Both the position numbers and the translations under genes were made by a program. A stretch of 20,000 nt of DNA, taken from contig JYFJ02001492.1 of NCBI GenBank assembly GCA_000934665.2, positions 58,056 through 78,055 of the forward strand, given 5' to 3'. Source of the stretch: Catajapyx aquilonaris (taxonomy: Eukaryota). A model generated the notes under the pieces. That model had not been told where the DNA came from. It did no database searches and saw nothing but the letters and a program-made list of their open reading frames with translations. Shown piece after piece: positions 1 through 10,872 of the stretch. Numbering within the stretch: position 1 is the first letter of the stretch; every line of letters starts with the position of its first letter.

Positions 1-962
1 ACATTAAACCTGATTCTTTCCTTTGCTCATTACCAAAGAACAGCCTCCACAGCCTACTCGTGGCCATGTAGTTTTGCGACACAGTAACAAATTAGCAGTT
101 GTTCCACATTTTAGTCAATTATTATTATTATTATTTGTTGGAGATGACTGTGTGACAGTACAACTTTATATGCTGAAAATGACCTTCCAACGTCACACAA
201 AGCAACTAGATCATTCTTGAAAAGTTAAATGTCTTGTACAGCCAGATCATCCGACAGGTCTATAGGCTGCAGCTTCTTCGCCATTCACAGGTTGAAGCGG
301 GAGGAATGACTTGAACGGAAAACACGTAAAAAGTGCCGAAAATATTACGCAAAGGCGTCAAAAAGGCGTAAATAGGTGAAAATAGGCGCTAATAGGTCAT
401 TTAGGTCCCAATGTCTGAAATAGGCCATTTCAGGTTTTATCAAACTACGATTTTTGAAGTCCTTGTGTTATGAAACGGATAGATATTTTGTTCCGGTGTT
501 CTGCCTACAAAATAAAAAGTAGGTAAAAACCTAGAAATCCGCTCTTTGCTCATTACACACTTTACATGTATGCATCAGGCATCACAACTCTGTGTAGGCA
601 CAGGTTCAGAGGATTTTAAAAGGCTCATGAAAATATGACAAACTGTTCCAGTTATCACGCCTCTCTCACGATGTTAGAAAGTTTTGTATTTACGTACAGC
701 TGGACATCCACTAACATGATTTCTCAAAGCTTATGCATTAAGGCCATTTCACAAAAAAAAAACGCGCGGCAAACGGAGCGCGTTGCAGCATATTTGTCGC
801 GGGGCATATTATTGCCAATAATTAATAATAATTGGCGGGGCAGGCGCTTGCCGCTTGACGCTGCCGNATAGCAAACCCCCCCCTCCCCCCCCCCCAGTGC
901 ACAAAATGCTCCCTCTGAAATAATAATAAATATTTACGCTAAAAAATGAAATAACTTGTGTA

Positions 963-968
963 TTTAAT
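963..968 (-). promoter_or_regulatory. Candidate poly(A) signal ATTAAA for the TMEM87-like transcript
   Basis: tttaat on plus reads ATTAAA on minus, ~400 nt after the stop and followed by a U-rich tract. Confidence 0.3.
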
Positions 969-1366
969 TCTTTCTGAACTCACATAGACTAGTTACACAC
1001 ACAAGCTGTAGGTTTTACAGTAACAATCACTGGAGACATTTTCTGAACCATTTCCTGTGCAACAGCTCACCAACAAAATAATACTTACAACGTGCCCAAA
1101 AAAATATGCACGTTACATAAATTAACAGTGTTAAGGTCAGCGAAAAATGTTTCTAACTGTAAAAATTAACCCATGTTGCTATTTCCTGTCATGCATTGTT
1201 ATAAATGCAAAATATTATGCACTGATATGACTCCATCCTCGTGCAATGGGAAGATGATGTTTCTCCAGTCTTTTTTTTTTTCCAAGCAAGCCCATTTTTG
1301 CAGATATTATCTGTGCCCTTTGAATTCTATCAGGCAAAAGGTCCCAAATTATCGGCATAGTTTAAG

Positions 1367-1408
1367 TTACTGCATCTTTGACATCTCAAACTTGGTCGTC
1401 ATAATTTC
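1367..1408 (-). CDS. TMEM87A: TMEM87-like terminal coding exon (EIMTTKFEMSKMQ*)
   Basis: Acceptor ttttttgcag, then GAA ATT ATG ACG ACC AAG TTT GAG ATG TCA AAG ATG CAG TAA. Resembles the conserved TMEM87 C-terminus (FExSKM). Confidence 0.93.
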   Translation of the reverse strand, partial: EIMTTKFEMSKMQ

Positions 1409-1472
1409 CTGCAAAAAATCAAGGTTTTATATATTTAAGTACCAAAAGAGATGATTGCAACAGAATACTTAC

Positions 1473-1500
1473 CTCATCAGAATCCAATACTGGCAATGCA
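1473..1500 (-). CDS. TMEM87A: TMEM87-like 28-nt exon (ALPVLDSDE)
   Basis: Acceptor ttttttcag, donor gtaagt. Phase fits both neighbours. Conserved LP.LDSDE motif. Confidence 0.92.
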
Positions 1501-1818
1501 CTGAAAAAATCATTCATTGTTAGCCAAAATGTGATACAGAATTTACAGTCCTTCAAGAGAAAACATGCCATGGGGTAACAGGAAAACATCATTGCTGTGC
1601 ACTAATTCTTGAAGTGAGGGAGGATCCAAGATGTCCTTGTACATTTCGGACTCACAAGTTGCCTGGTGACTCATTTTGATGGGAATTGTGGGTTGGGGTC
1701 ACCCATTGTTAGAGAGATATAGACACCACTTCAGATCCTCTCTCACACTGAAAATTAGTGTGCAGTGGTGATGTTTCCATGAGACATCATGGCATTCTTT
1801 CACTGAAGGAACTATCGG

Positions 1819-1946
1819 GTTCAAATACTTTTGGCCACTTTATCCTGGTCTTGAAGCAACCCTTCACACAGACCCCACGCTAAGGAGGTGAGCGTGTGTG
1901 ACAGGTTCCTTCAAGACCAGGATAAAGTGGCCAAAAGTATTTGAAC
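1819..1946. repeat. Intronic inverted repeat (hairpin), perfect 38-bp arms
   Basis: gttcaaatacttttggccactttatcctggtcttgaag (1819-1856) is the exact reverse complement of 1909-1946. Imperfect pairing continues inward. Confidence 0.9.
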
Positions 1947-2047
1947 TTGAGAGAACATCAAAACACCATTACAAGTTAATAACTATTTTGACTGAGCCAA
2001 GCAATGCAACTGTAGGTAAGTTTCAGTGTATTATCTGAGCTATTCAC

Positions 2048-2100
2048 CTGTCAGCTATTGATGAAGGGATATGTTCTTCTATCCATTTAAGATCGTCTTC
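2048..2100 (-). CDS. TMEM87A: TMEM87-like exon (EDDLKWIEEHIPSSIAD)
   Basis: Acceptor ttgcag, donor gtgaat. Conserved EDDLKW.EE..P motif of TMEM87. Confidence 0.94.
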
Positions 2101-2165
2101 CTGCAAAGAAAAGGAGAATGAGAAGCCAGTGGTATATATGCACATGTCATTTTAAAATCCATTAC

Positions 2166-2230
2166 CAAATTGGATGAATTTCTGTGTGAATTTGGTGAGT
2201 TGCTGCTCTTGCCCCTCAACTTCATGCCCT
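2166..2230 (-). CDS. TMEM87A: TMEM87-like exon (EGMKLRGKSSNSPNSHRNSSNL)
   Basis: Acceptor gtttcag, donor gtaatg. 65 nt fits the phases on both sides. EGMK.R motif as in TMEM87A. Confidence 0.9.
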
Positions 2231-2301
2231 CTGAAACAACACCCAAGTTTAGCTAATGGCCTTCATATGTTTTACATAACCTGCATGTTCCTCAACATTA
2301 C

Positions 2302-2476
2302 CAAAGGCATCGTTGACGCATTGCTCCTCATCCTCATCCTCTGGATTGTCCAGCAGAGGTGTGAAAGCGTAGCGCTGGTTGTTATTAGTTGGCCTCCATA
2401 GGACCATGATGACCAGAAGGATTACTGAAAACAGTATGTGCCAGTAGGCCTGGTCCACCCAGAACTCCTTCCAGTC
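2302..2476 (-). CDS. TMEM87A: TMEM87-like exon, last TM helix and start of cytosolic tail ([43 protein letters not shown]...NDAF)
   Basis: Acceptor gtgcag, donor gtaatg. Hallmark LWRP..NNQRYAF.PL motif. Confidence 0.96.
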
Positions 2477-2719
2477 CTGCACAGAACACACAAATGGTAC
2501 ACATTGCAATTACTCACAAATAGCTACAGTACATGTAGGTGTGACAAATGTAGCAACAATAGGAAAACATTAACAGCATGGTATGCTGAACAATAAAAGG
2601 ACCTGTTCAAGGTTATCCTGAGTAGTCCCGCAACCCAAACGATAAAAATTAGGCTTGTAGTGTATATTCTATACATGGTCTTAGAAGAATAGGTCAGGTC
2701 ACTCGCCACCATCTTGCAT

Positions 2720-2867
2720 GCCGTTATCCCTTCCCGCATTGGCGCTAGTATATCTGTAATAGAATCCCACTGTGGAACTCACTGTGCTGTCATTATGGCG
2801 CAGATAGTTCCACAGTGGGATTCCATTGCAGATATACTACATCGCCAATGTGGGAAGAGATAACGGC
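2720..2867. repeat. Palindromic MITE-like element, ~60-bp arms
   Basis: gccgttatcccttcccgcattggcg...cccactgtggaact pairs with agttccacagtggg...cgccaatgtgggaagagataacggc. Confidence 0.85.
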
Positions 2868-4219
2868 GCAGCTTTTTCTATTAGCCTGGGATAAAAGTGA
2901 CAGGGGGCTGATGCTATGCACCTAGTTTTACGCTGAAGGCCGCTGTGTTCGCCACTCACTGTATCTTTGACGTGGTAGGTGTTGCTACCTAGCAGCCTTA
3001 GTAGTAATTATTCAAAAATGTTGCCACAAGTTGAACTGTTTGAGTAGTAGAATCGGACATACAAAAATTCATGTTTTTCGTACACCATAAAAATGTTGTA
3101 AGAATATTCGCATGGGTCAAATGCTTCACGAGTCTCCAACATGCGAAATGCAAACCCGCATCTCTCCAGAGACCCTCAAAAATAGAGAGAAGAGAGAGAG
3201 AGGGATGGATTCAAGATGGTGTTCGTTGGCAAAGCAGGCCAAACCCTTCCTCCAAACTGTGGGTGGTGAGCTGTCTGAACCGGTCTGAACGGATCAGCTG
3301 GTGGAGACAATGTATTAGAGTGGCTTGACAGCAGCCATTTTGATCCAACTCTCCTACATTGCCGAGGTTCTGTGATATGTCCACTCTAAAATGCACAAAT
3401 CACTGTGCCATGTGTCAGGATAACTTTGAACAGGTCCTTTCAAAAAGATGGGGGGGGGGGTACACATTATTAATAGNAAGAGAAGAGAGAGAGAGAGAGA
3501 GGGATTTTGCGTACTTTAATAATATCACGTGCCCATATCCTCGACAGCTAATAAGCTATTATGAATTCATTTGGCACCGTTTCGGCACACTAATTAGAAA
3601 CTTGAGCAGTGTTGACAGCTTACTATTTTGGTGCATTACTGTGCAAGTTGCGTAGTGGTTGGAGGGAGTGGCATATTATGAAGCCACACGTGAGAGCTTC
3701 TCTGCTATTGGCTTCCTATCTCTCCCTACAGTGATTGTATCAGTGACATAGCTATGCCTTTAGCAAAAGACAAGTGAAACACTATAATCATGGCAATTGC
3801 AACCAATTATCGTTATTGTGGCTTTTAAAACACTCTGAAAATATACATAGTCCAATCATGCTGTTGCGGATGATCCCAGCTGCATACTATTTAAAAAATA
3901 GATGAGCTCTAAGCATGCTTCCCTTACTTTAAAAATTTTGATATCAGAGTTGATCTTATTTTATGGGCCAATACATGGGGTAAACAGCCATGTTGCTCAA
4001 GTGAAGTGTCAATTTTTGTAAAGGCTTTATGGCTACACGGAGTCATTGATATGACAAACTTAGGGCAAATTCAACATTTTCATAATTTTACAGGAGAGCC
4101 AAAAGAAACCTGCTAACAGCTATACAAATGCATAGGATGGAGTTTTGATTTTCCGTTATAACTCGGATTCCACTTGTTCCATGGGTTCAACAGTTTCTTC
4201 AGAATGTGACCCAACACTT

Positions 4220-4443
4220 GAGTGGCTGAGAAGCAGAGTGGTTCATGTCGAAAAAGCTAGTTTTGAGATATATGCATTCAAAGTTCTAGGCTTGCCTTGC
4301 AGCCAATGTAAAAGTAAGTCACATTAACTTAATAATTTGATCAGCAAATATTACAAATGTCTTCAGGCCAAGTTACAACACAGAGAAGCGACAACTCAAA
4401 ATGGCCGAATTTCGACATGAACCACTTTGCTTCTCAGCCACTC
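4220..4443. mobile_element. Non-autonomous DNA transposon, Sola-like (GAG...CTC termini, 4-bp TSD)
   Basis: 34-bp TIRs with 1 mismatch (gagtggctgagaagcagagtggttcatgtcgaaa). ACTT duplicated at 4216-4219 and 4444-4447. Confidence 0.75.
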
Positions 4444-4620
4444 ACTTGATGGTGCTGGTCGAGGCCATGACTCGAGTTTAGCAAAAATGTCGAATTCGTC
4501 CTTTTGTCAGATTAACGAGGTGCTGACTTCCCCCAATGGATGGCAGGTGCCAGAACCATACCACTGACTAAGCTAGAACTGTTTGTTATGTGTGACATAC
4601 AACACATTATAAAAATCCTA

Positions 4621-5378
4621 CCGTATTACCTCACTTAATGTGGCATGCCGGTGTAGTCGAGGTCGACCAGTTTTTAGAAATGCACGATCTGGTGGCTATA
4701 CCAGCATGCCAGTCTCAGCGAGGTATGCCAGTATAAAGCAAGGTTTTCATAAGCACAGCATTATCATGATCTCTGTGAAAATCATTACTACTCAAATGAA
4801 TGCATTACACCATGTTCTACGGTGCAGACACAGCCCAGGACACTTCTATTGCCTGACACATCCCATAAGACAGTTCAGTAAGTTCAAATTTCACGGCAAC
4901 ATTTTCAATTAAAAGTGCAAGGCGGCAAGGGAAGCATACTTACCAGGATATTTCATACGTTGGGTTTGGATTTTATTATCTGAGTAACAAGGCTTCTCAG
5001 ACAAATTGATACCACTACACGAAGTGATCCTCTGATTGCCAACGAGATCTGTGACCATCGCACTATTGAGCAAAACAGAGGACTGAAGGAATTTGCCTCA
5101 GTCCTTTATAATGTTTAGGGGGGTTCTCTGTCACAGCAGGCTGACAGTGGGATTGGTCACACTCTATGATCTGTGCAACCGATAACTTGCATATTCTCAC
5201 AGCCCTGAACTCGCACATTTTTCACCGTAACATTATTTTAGTACAGTATCAGATGCATTCTAAAAAATTTGACAAGGATCCAAATAATGGAAATCCACCT
5301 TGGTTATTGTGGCGTGCCGGCCACCCCCGGGTCAACCTCGTTTTATACCGGCATGATGCTTTAAGTGAGGTAATACAG
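4621..5378. mobile_element. Tc1/mariner-pogo-type MITE (CCGTA terminus, TA flanks)
   Basis: TA|ccgtattacctcacttaa ... ttaagtgaggtaatacag|TA, with degenerate inverted similarity extending inward. Confidence 0.75.
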
Positions 5379-5620
5379 TATCAGAAATTTCCCATAAGTG
5401 GCCAATAGCTGCCTACTTTTCTCTGTCTCCCAAACACCAATGTAGCCCCATAATGCCACAGGCCTTTAGCTATTACTACTCATAAAGTCTAGGATAACTG
5501 AAGAATTTTAAAGGAATTTTGTAAGCCTATGATGAGCACACTTCTATCAAGCTCATTTCATCATCTCTTGGTCATTCTAGGCGAAGTAAGTCTCTTGATA
5601 TGCCACAGCTTAATACTTAC

Positions 5621-5960
5621 TCTGAGACAGTCATCAAGTTGGATATACTTGATGGACCACAGCATGAATGCAACCGATGCAAGCACAGCAAATATTAGTG
5701 TGTTTGTGAAGTGCCTGTAGAGGGAAAGCTTGACCAAATTCCTCCTGAGCCTGAGGTTTCGTGTGGTCTGCACTATGCTGGTAAAAATCCACCAGCATAT
5801 GAGGGAGTCCAGCAGGGAGAGAGGGATACCAGCCAGTTGGACTTGGTTTGAGGGTCCATTCACAGGGTGGATCACACGTAGCACAGCCTCCACTGAGGCC
5901 AGGATGAAATACAGAAAGCCCACACCCACCACACGGTGGAGGAGGGGGCCTAGTCTGGGC
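5621..5960 (-). CDS. TMEM87A: TMEM87-like exon, central TM helices (PRLGPLLHRVVGVG...LRLRRNLVKLSLYRHFTNTLIFAVLASVAFMLWS...DCLR)
   Basis: Acceptor ccctag after a pyrimidine tract, donor gtaagt. Hallmark LRRN.VKLSLYRHFTNTL motif. Confidence 0.96.
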
Positions 5961-6034
5961 CTAGGGCATAAGAAGAAAAAAAAAATCAAGTAAAGAGGTT
6001 GTGTTTGTGTGACTAGGACTAAAATATAACTCAC

Positions 6035-6183
6035 TTGACTATCCCAAACCCAAGGCTGACAATGATGACCAGCATTCTGGCCAACGTACGTTTGGCACAT
6101 GATACTATCTCTGCACATATGACTGCCCCTCTCACTGACAGGCCTGTAGAGTTGATGCTCTCATACTCTGCACAAAACACAGC
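6035..6183 (-). CDS. TMEM87A: TMEM87-like exon ([14 protein letters not shown]...[20 protein letters not shown])
   Basis: Acceptor caacag, donor gtgagt. Conserved [18 protein letters not shown](PRLG) motif. Confidence 0.96.
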
Positions 6184-6250
6184 CTGTTGTTTGGTGGAAT
6201 GAAAAAATTCATTATCAAATGGGCCAATCACACAATCCTGAAAAACCAAC

Positions 6251-6385
6251 CTTTTCCAGCATGCCAAGAAATATGACACCTCCTATCCAAAACTGGATCC
6301 TCAGGAGGTCTCTCCATTGGCAAAAAGAAACCACCAGCCAGGCAACCCCAAACAAGATGTACACAACACACATTGTTATGTAAAA
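6251..6385 (-). CDS. TMEM87A: TMEM87-like exon, TM1-2 ([45 protein letters not shown])
   Basis: Translated by hand; this frame is absent from the ORF track. Acceptor ttgcag, donor gttggt. Hallmark [21 protein letters not shown]. Confidence 0.96.
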
Positions 6386-6653
6386 CTGCAAGTAAATAAG
6401 CGTTTGTCATGGTATACTTGTACAGCAAAAAATCTCGATATAAAACTCCCACATATAACGGCCCTTTTTTCCAGTCCCTTGATCATACCCATAACCATAA
6501 GGCCCAACAGTAAATTTCCCTGCTTATAGCACTTCCTGCTTTTAACGCTTTCCTGCATATACCACTTGGTTTCTCTGGTCCCCAGACACTTATCCAGCAT
6601 ATAACATCAAAAGGCACATCGTGTGTAATAGAGGGGTTGAAGTTCACCCTGCC

Positions 6654-6685
6654 GCAATGGCAATGGCAATGGCAATGGCAATGGC
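6654..6685. repeat. (GCAATG)5 hexanucleotide microsatellite
   Basis: Read directly. It explains the spurious HCHCHC and LPLPLP ORFs. Confidence 0.9.
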
Positions 6686-7120
6686 GGGGAGGGTCTGCTG
6701 AGCTGATAGGCTTGCTGTGTCCTGGTGGGATGTGGCCTGAGACCCACTGGGGAAGGGCTGGGAAGACTCGAAAGTAGGCGGGCAGTATGGGAACAGTGAG
6801 CAATTGACAACAAGTGATGAATAACAGGGCATACGCTTTCCATACATACACTTTGGATGCATGAGAGCTTTTGTGGAATGATATATGGTGGTGGGGCCTT
6901 GTCACCAAGTGTTAAACATGTGAACGTTGTGGAGAGGCGGCTTGTGTGAACGATGACCCTGGTTATGTTTTGGGTGCTTCAGAGGATATTTTCGGAATCT
7001 ACGTGGTACGTGGGCAGGTCAGTTCAGGTTAACCTGGTTTACAACCATCCATATGCATGGCAACAGTGAAGGCATTCATTTCCTAAGAAAAGGGTGAATG
7101 AAATCGCATTTCCCCACATA

Positions 7121-7260
7121 CAACGGTGCCTCGTACTTCGAGCTTAATTCGTTCCAGGAGATCCTTCGATCTCCGAATTGTTCGAAATCCAAACCAGTTT
7201 TTCCAATAAGAAATTATGGAAATTGAATTAATTTGTTCCCAGTCCCTAAACAATACCAAT
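7121..7260 (+). mobile_element. pogo/Tigger-like terminal fragment
   Basis: TA|caacggtgcctcgtacttcgagcttaattcgttcc... resembles Tigger-type ends (from recall). No partner TIR found. Confidence 0.4.
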
Positions 7261-8639
7261 TTCAATAAACTTAAACAGCAAATGCACATAATTTATAGTA
7301 AACATAACATGATTAAATGCCCTAAACAATAAATAAAAGACATAAATCCCGTGTAATAAAATGAAAATTGCTATTACTGTACAGTGGTGGAAATTCATGG
7401 AGAAGCACAAGTGTCACCTCCTGGTGGAGTTTTCCCTCTACATGAAGCAGCTTCATGTAGCGGGAAAAATTTGCTTACGGGGGTGCAGTAGCAAGAATAC
7501 GGTTGAACGTATTTCGCACGATTTTTTTTTTTTTTTTTGCGTAACGCGTTGTTAATCCGGAAAAACACTTAGTAGGTGCCCTGCGCAAATGTTTGGCCTT
7601 TACAATGGTACCATACTCGACACAATTGCATTAAAATTGTGGGCACAAAGGTGCAGACGCGTGTCTGATTTTTTCACAATTTATTTGCCATGTTATTCAA
7701 ATGGACTTTTCGGAAATTCGTTTTCCTATTCCTTCAACTAAAGGTCATTTCTAGGCCGAAAACTGAAGAGACAAAGTAGGTGCCCTGCTCCAGGTCATCT
7801 ACTTTTTTTGGCGCAATTTCTGTCTAAATTGAACCATTTTTGAGGCCATATGGATGCAGAAGCATTGACATGTCAAATCCTCCTCTGCTGCATACATAAA
7901 CAAGTTTGTTGGGGTTGTTGCTAAAGAAGCTAATTGTTGCAGGAGAGATATGAAGCTAGATATGCAAGTCTATAAGGTTCGAACGTAGGGCACTAAGAGG
8001 GGAAGGCATCATGGCAACGGGACGGGGATTGTTTGAGAGGTGGCAACAATTGCTTTCTATTGTTGTCCTACAATCAGTAGGCTCACTTCGACAGCTATAG
8101 CTGCGTTGGAAATTTATTTTTCTATGAGCCATAACCATGACCAGATTAAACACACGAAAATTGTCTTGAGCTAGAATGAGCCAGAAAAGTGTGCCCCAAC
8201 AGCCTGTCATTACAGAACAATCTTCATTCTTTTCATAAGAGTTCTAAAACAAGACATCATTAATTTCTGGTCACACTGCAACCACATAAAAGGAACAGGT
8301 AGCACTGAGCACAAAAAGCTGAGTACTACTTTCAACTGCAGCAAGTAATCTAATATATTGGTACTTGTAGGGTCACAATCTCTTATCCAAAACCTTTGGG
8401 ACCAGGCACATTTCGAAATTCTGAATTTTTTGAAGTTCAAAGTGATACTACATTCAGTGCAGAAAACGAAACGGCGATCTGACGTCATCAAGGTTTCCAT
8501 GGAAATACCCTCACAGTACAATGAGTAAACAGGAGCAACAAAAAGCAACAATATAAGAAACGATGATGTGAGATCATCGTTTGGTTTTCCACACTTTATA
8601 CTCATTTACCCCAGGAACAGGTCAACCTCCCAAATTTAA

Positions 8640-9717
8640 CTCTTCCCTTGCCGTGTCAGTCGTCCACAGACAATTTCCGACAAAAAGTTTGAGAATTTTT
8701 TGCAAAAAAATTATAATCATATATGAATGCGGTTTTCGGCATATTCACAAGCAAAAAACACAGAATTCAACACAAAAATCACATGCGCAAGAGCTGTCGG
8801 ACTTTTTTGCATGATGTCATCTTCCAGCGGCCATATTGGAAAGAGTTATGTGCCCAGTGATAGAGATTGTATAAATCCTAGCTCAATTCTGGGACTTTAG
8901 AAATAATCAAGATCGGATTCTAAGCAATATTTTGCATATAAGCATTCTTTGAACCCGTAAATTTCACCGCTACGTTTTTTCCAACCCGCGAGTAGATGTG
9001 TAGAAATAGTAACAGCTATTATGCTATGCACGGCCTACTAGCGGTTCTCAAACTGTGTTCCGCGGAACCCTAGGGTTCCGTGACACCAGCGTAGGGGTTC
9101 CTCGAAAGAATTGGAAAATATAAAATAAAAATAATAAAAAAGCAGTGTTAATGGAGAGGAGGCGGCGAAAAAAGTTTTAGCAGTCCAATGTTACAACAAA
9201 ACTGTGTTCGACCGTATTTATAAAATGTCCGACTACATCGAAGACGAATTAAAATTGAGAGTCTGAAATATCGTAATGTTTTCAATGCAAGTGGACCAGA
9301 TAATTATACTGATGTCGCAGTGAAGAAATACTCAGATTTACTATGTAGTGAAAATGGGCTCGTCAGATGTGCTTACCTCGCTGACGTAGTTGGAAAATTG
9401 AATGAAATTACAACGTCTTTGTAGGGGAAAACTATAACAACTTTTTCAGCCCAAGACAAAATCACATTACTGAAGACCAAAATAAATTTTTGGATGGCTT
9501 GTATTGAAGAAGAAACATTTGAATGCTTTCCTCTTTTGGATCAGTTTGTCAGAGAAAACAAAATGCAAATCGGAGATGATGTTAAAGAAAATATATGCGG
9601 TTTGAATGATATATGCGGCATGGGGCTAACACATCGCCTTGGTGAGATATTGCATTTTTTAAATACGATTAAGTCAAGCTGTGTAGCAGTATCGGCAACG
9701 CCGTGGCGGTTAAAGAG
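8640..9717. mobile_element. Possible decayed TTAA-flanked (piggyBac-like) element
   Basis: TTAA|ctcttccc... and ...taaagag|TTAA. TIR similarity beyond 5 bp is weak. Confidence 0.35.
9039..9600 (+). mobile_element. Internally deleted hAT Charlie/Buster element with transposase relic (ZBED5/SCAND3-like)
   Basis: Terminus (t)agcggttctcaaactg. Relic translations SDYIEDELKLRV*...FSMQVD and, from 9323, ...CAYLADVVGKLNEITTSL*GKTITTFSAQDKITLLKTKINFW...FECFPLL match the Buster LAYLADIF.KLNELN.SLQG motif. In-frame stops present. Confidence 0.85.
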
Positions 9718-9792
9718 TTAAAAGCCTGTACATATACTATATGCAGTAAAGGTGCATCATCCCCTAGACTGATGACCCTGGAGAAGAAGGTA

Positions 9793-9925
9793 CAGTGTTG
9801 GACATTAATCTCGTCGTACTGCTAGCGACATTTTCCGAAGCAGCAGAAAAACGAATTGAAGCAATGGAGGAAAAGCCGGCGAGCAAGATTCCTTCTTCTG
9901 CCATTTTCGGAAATGTCCGACACTG
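9793..9925. mobile_element. 133-bp Tc1-like MITE
   Basis: TA|cagtgttggacatt ... aatgtccgacactg|TA: 14-bp TIR with 1 mismatch and CAGTG terminus. Confidence 0.7.
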
Positions 9926-10485
9926 TACAGGTACAGGGATTGGTTCCAGCAACATAGAGGTGTAAAGTGAAAAGGTGCAAAACGAAACAAAATTATAATG
10001 TAAAAATATGATAGGTTTCAAAATTTCCAAAACTTTCACACAGACAATGCTAATACAGTCTCGAATCCCTCTATAACAAAATTGAAGGGAACCCAATTTT
10101 CTTTCGTTGTATTAAAAAATGCGTTAAAACCTCACTTTTTCCAATATTTAGGTGTTATATTAAGCCCTGGTAGCAGGAAAAATAGTTAAAAAATTATTCT
10201 GCGTTAAATTAGCTTATCTCACAAAGCACGGCGCAAACAAGACAACAATTCACCCGATCAGCTAACCCTCCAGCATAATATGCCCGTCATAATCTCCCGC
10301 AAGCCTTTTTGCGAGCAAAATACACGCTTTGGTGGGCAGATGACCTCCACGAAAAAAGTTTCCTGAGTTTTGGATAAGAGATTGTCAATCTGTACTTCCA
10401 GTCATTATAAAGCAGCTGAATGAGAATCATTTCTGTAAGCTGTGTACCTTCCTTGTTGGACAACCCTGCATATAAAATACATTAC

Positions 10486-10647
10486 CGGCAACAGGGGCCA
10501 ATCAACTGCTGACAAGTAACCATGTTCACCCTTCATCTGGATGTCCACAGTCACATTGATCATCACTTTCTTGGAATCAGGAGAAATATGAACGACCAGA
10601 AGATACACCCCATCTTTATCCACCTTAAATGCTGGATCACCTGAATC
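10486..10647 (-). CDS. TMEM87A: TMEM87-like exon, end of luminal domain (DSGDPAFKVDKDGVYLLVVH...GEHGYLSAVDWPLLP)
   Basis: Acceptor gtgcag, donor gtaatg, phase 0/0. Conserved DG.Y and GYLSA.DWPL motifs. Confidence 0.93.
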
Positions 10648-10707
10648 CTGCACAAATAATATATTCATTATATCTCAGAAACAATTAACTTGTAAAAATA
10701 TCCTTAC

Positions 10708-10872
10708 ACTGCTGAACTTGTTTGGCTGCTTCCCAGCATTCACTTTTGTGTTAGCATGCTTGTTGTTATTTGGTGATGAATTCTCGCGTCGTTTACGTTC
10801 CTTCTCACCCATGACCTTGTCAACTTCACTCGTAGCATTTGGAATTACTTCAGGGGATGGCGTATAAAGAGG
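10708..10872 (-). CDS. TMEM87A: TMEM87-like exon, variable luminal loop (PLYTPSPEVIPNATSEVDK...NKFSS)
   Basis: Acceptor tttacag, donor gtaagg. 165 nt, open only in phase 0. Followed by a 60-nt intron like the other mini-introns. Low conservation, so this rests on structure. Confidence 0.75.

Larger units (their letters stand above)
8368..10392. mobile_element. Old Tigger4/Zombi-like (pogo) element hosting nested insertions
   Basis: acaatctcttatccaaaac near 8375 is the inverse of gttttggataagagattgt near 10367-10385. Right end is ctg|TA. The left end continues tttgggaccagg...tttcgaaattctgaatttttt, like Tigger4/MER46 ends. Confidence 0.6.

Noticed and set aside
300..550. Repeated AATAGG/AAAGGCG motifs that could suggest a repeat array
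   Set aside because: Irregular short motifs without repeat-spacer periodicity, so not CRISPR. Probably a transposon subterminal region that I could not classify.
4936..4947. ATACTTACC resembling the 5' end of U1 snRNA (also near 1465)
   Set aside because: No U1 body follows; these are reverse complements of GGTAAGTAT splice-donor motifs.
6483..6908. ORFs with HCHCHC, LPLPLP and IAIAIA repeats
   Set aside because: Translations of the (GCAATG)5 microsatellite in an intron.
6880..7080. Vague resemblance to an RTE-type LINE 5' region (also 11230-11450)
   Set aside because: No reverse transcriptase or endonuclease remnant, tail or TSD; cannot be supported without a search.
7571..7788. 14-bp direct repeat agtaggtgccctgc at 7571 and 7775
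   Set aside because: Only two copies with no element boundaries; likely internal to a decayed repeat.
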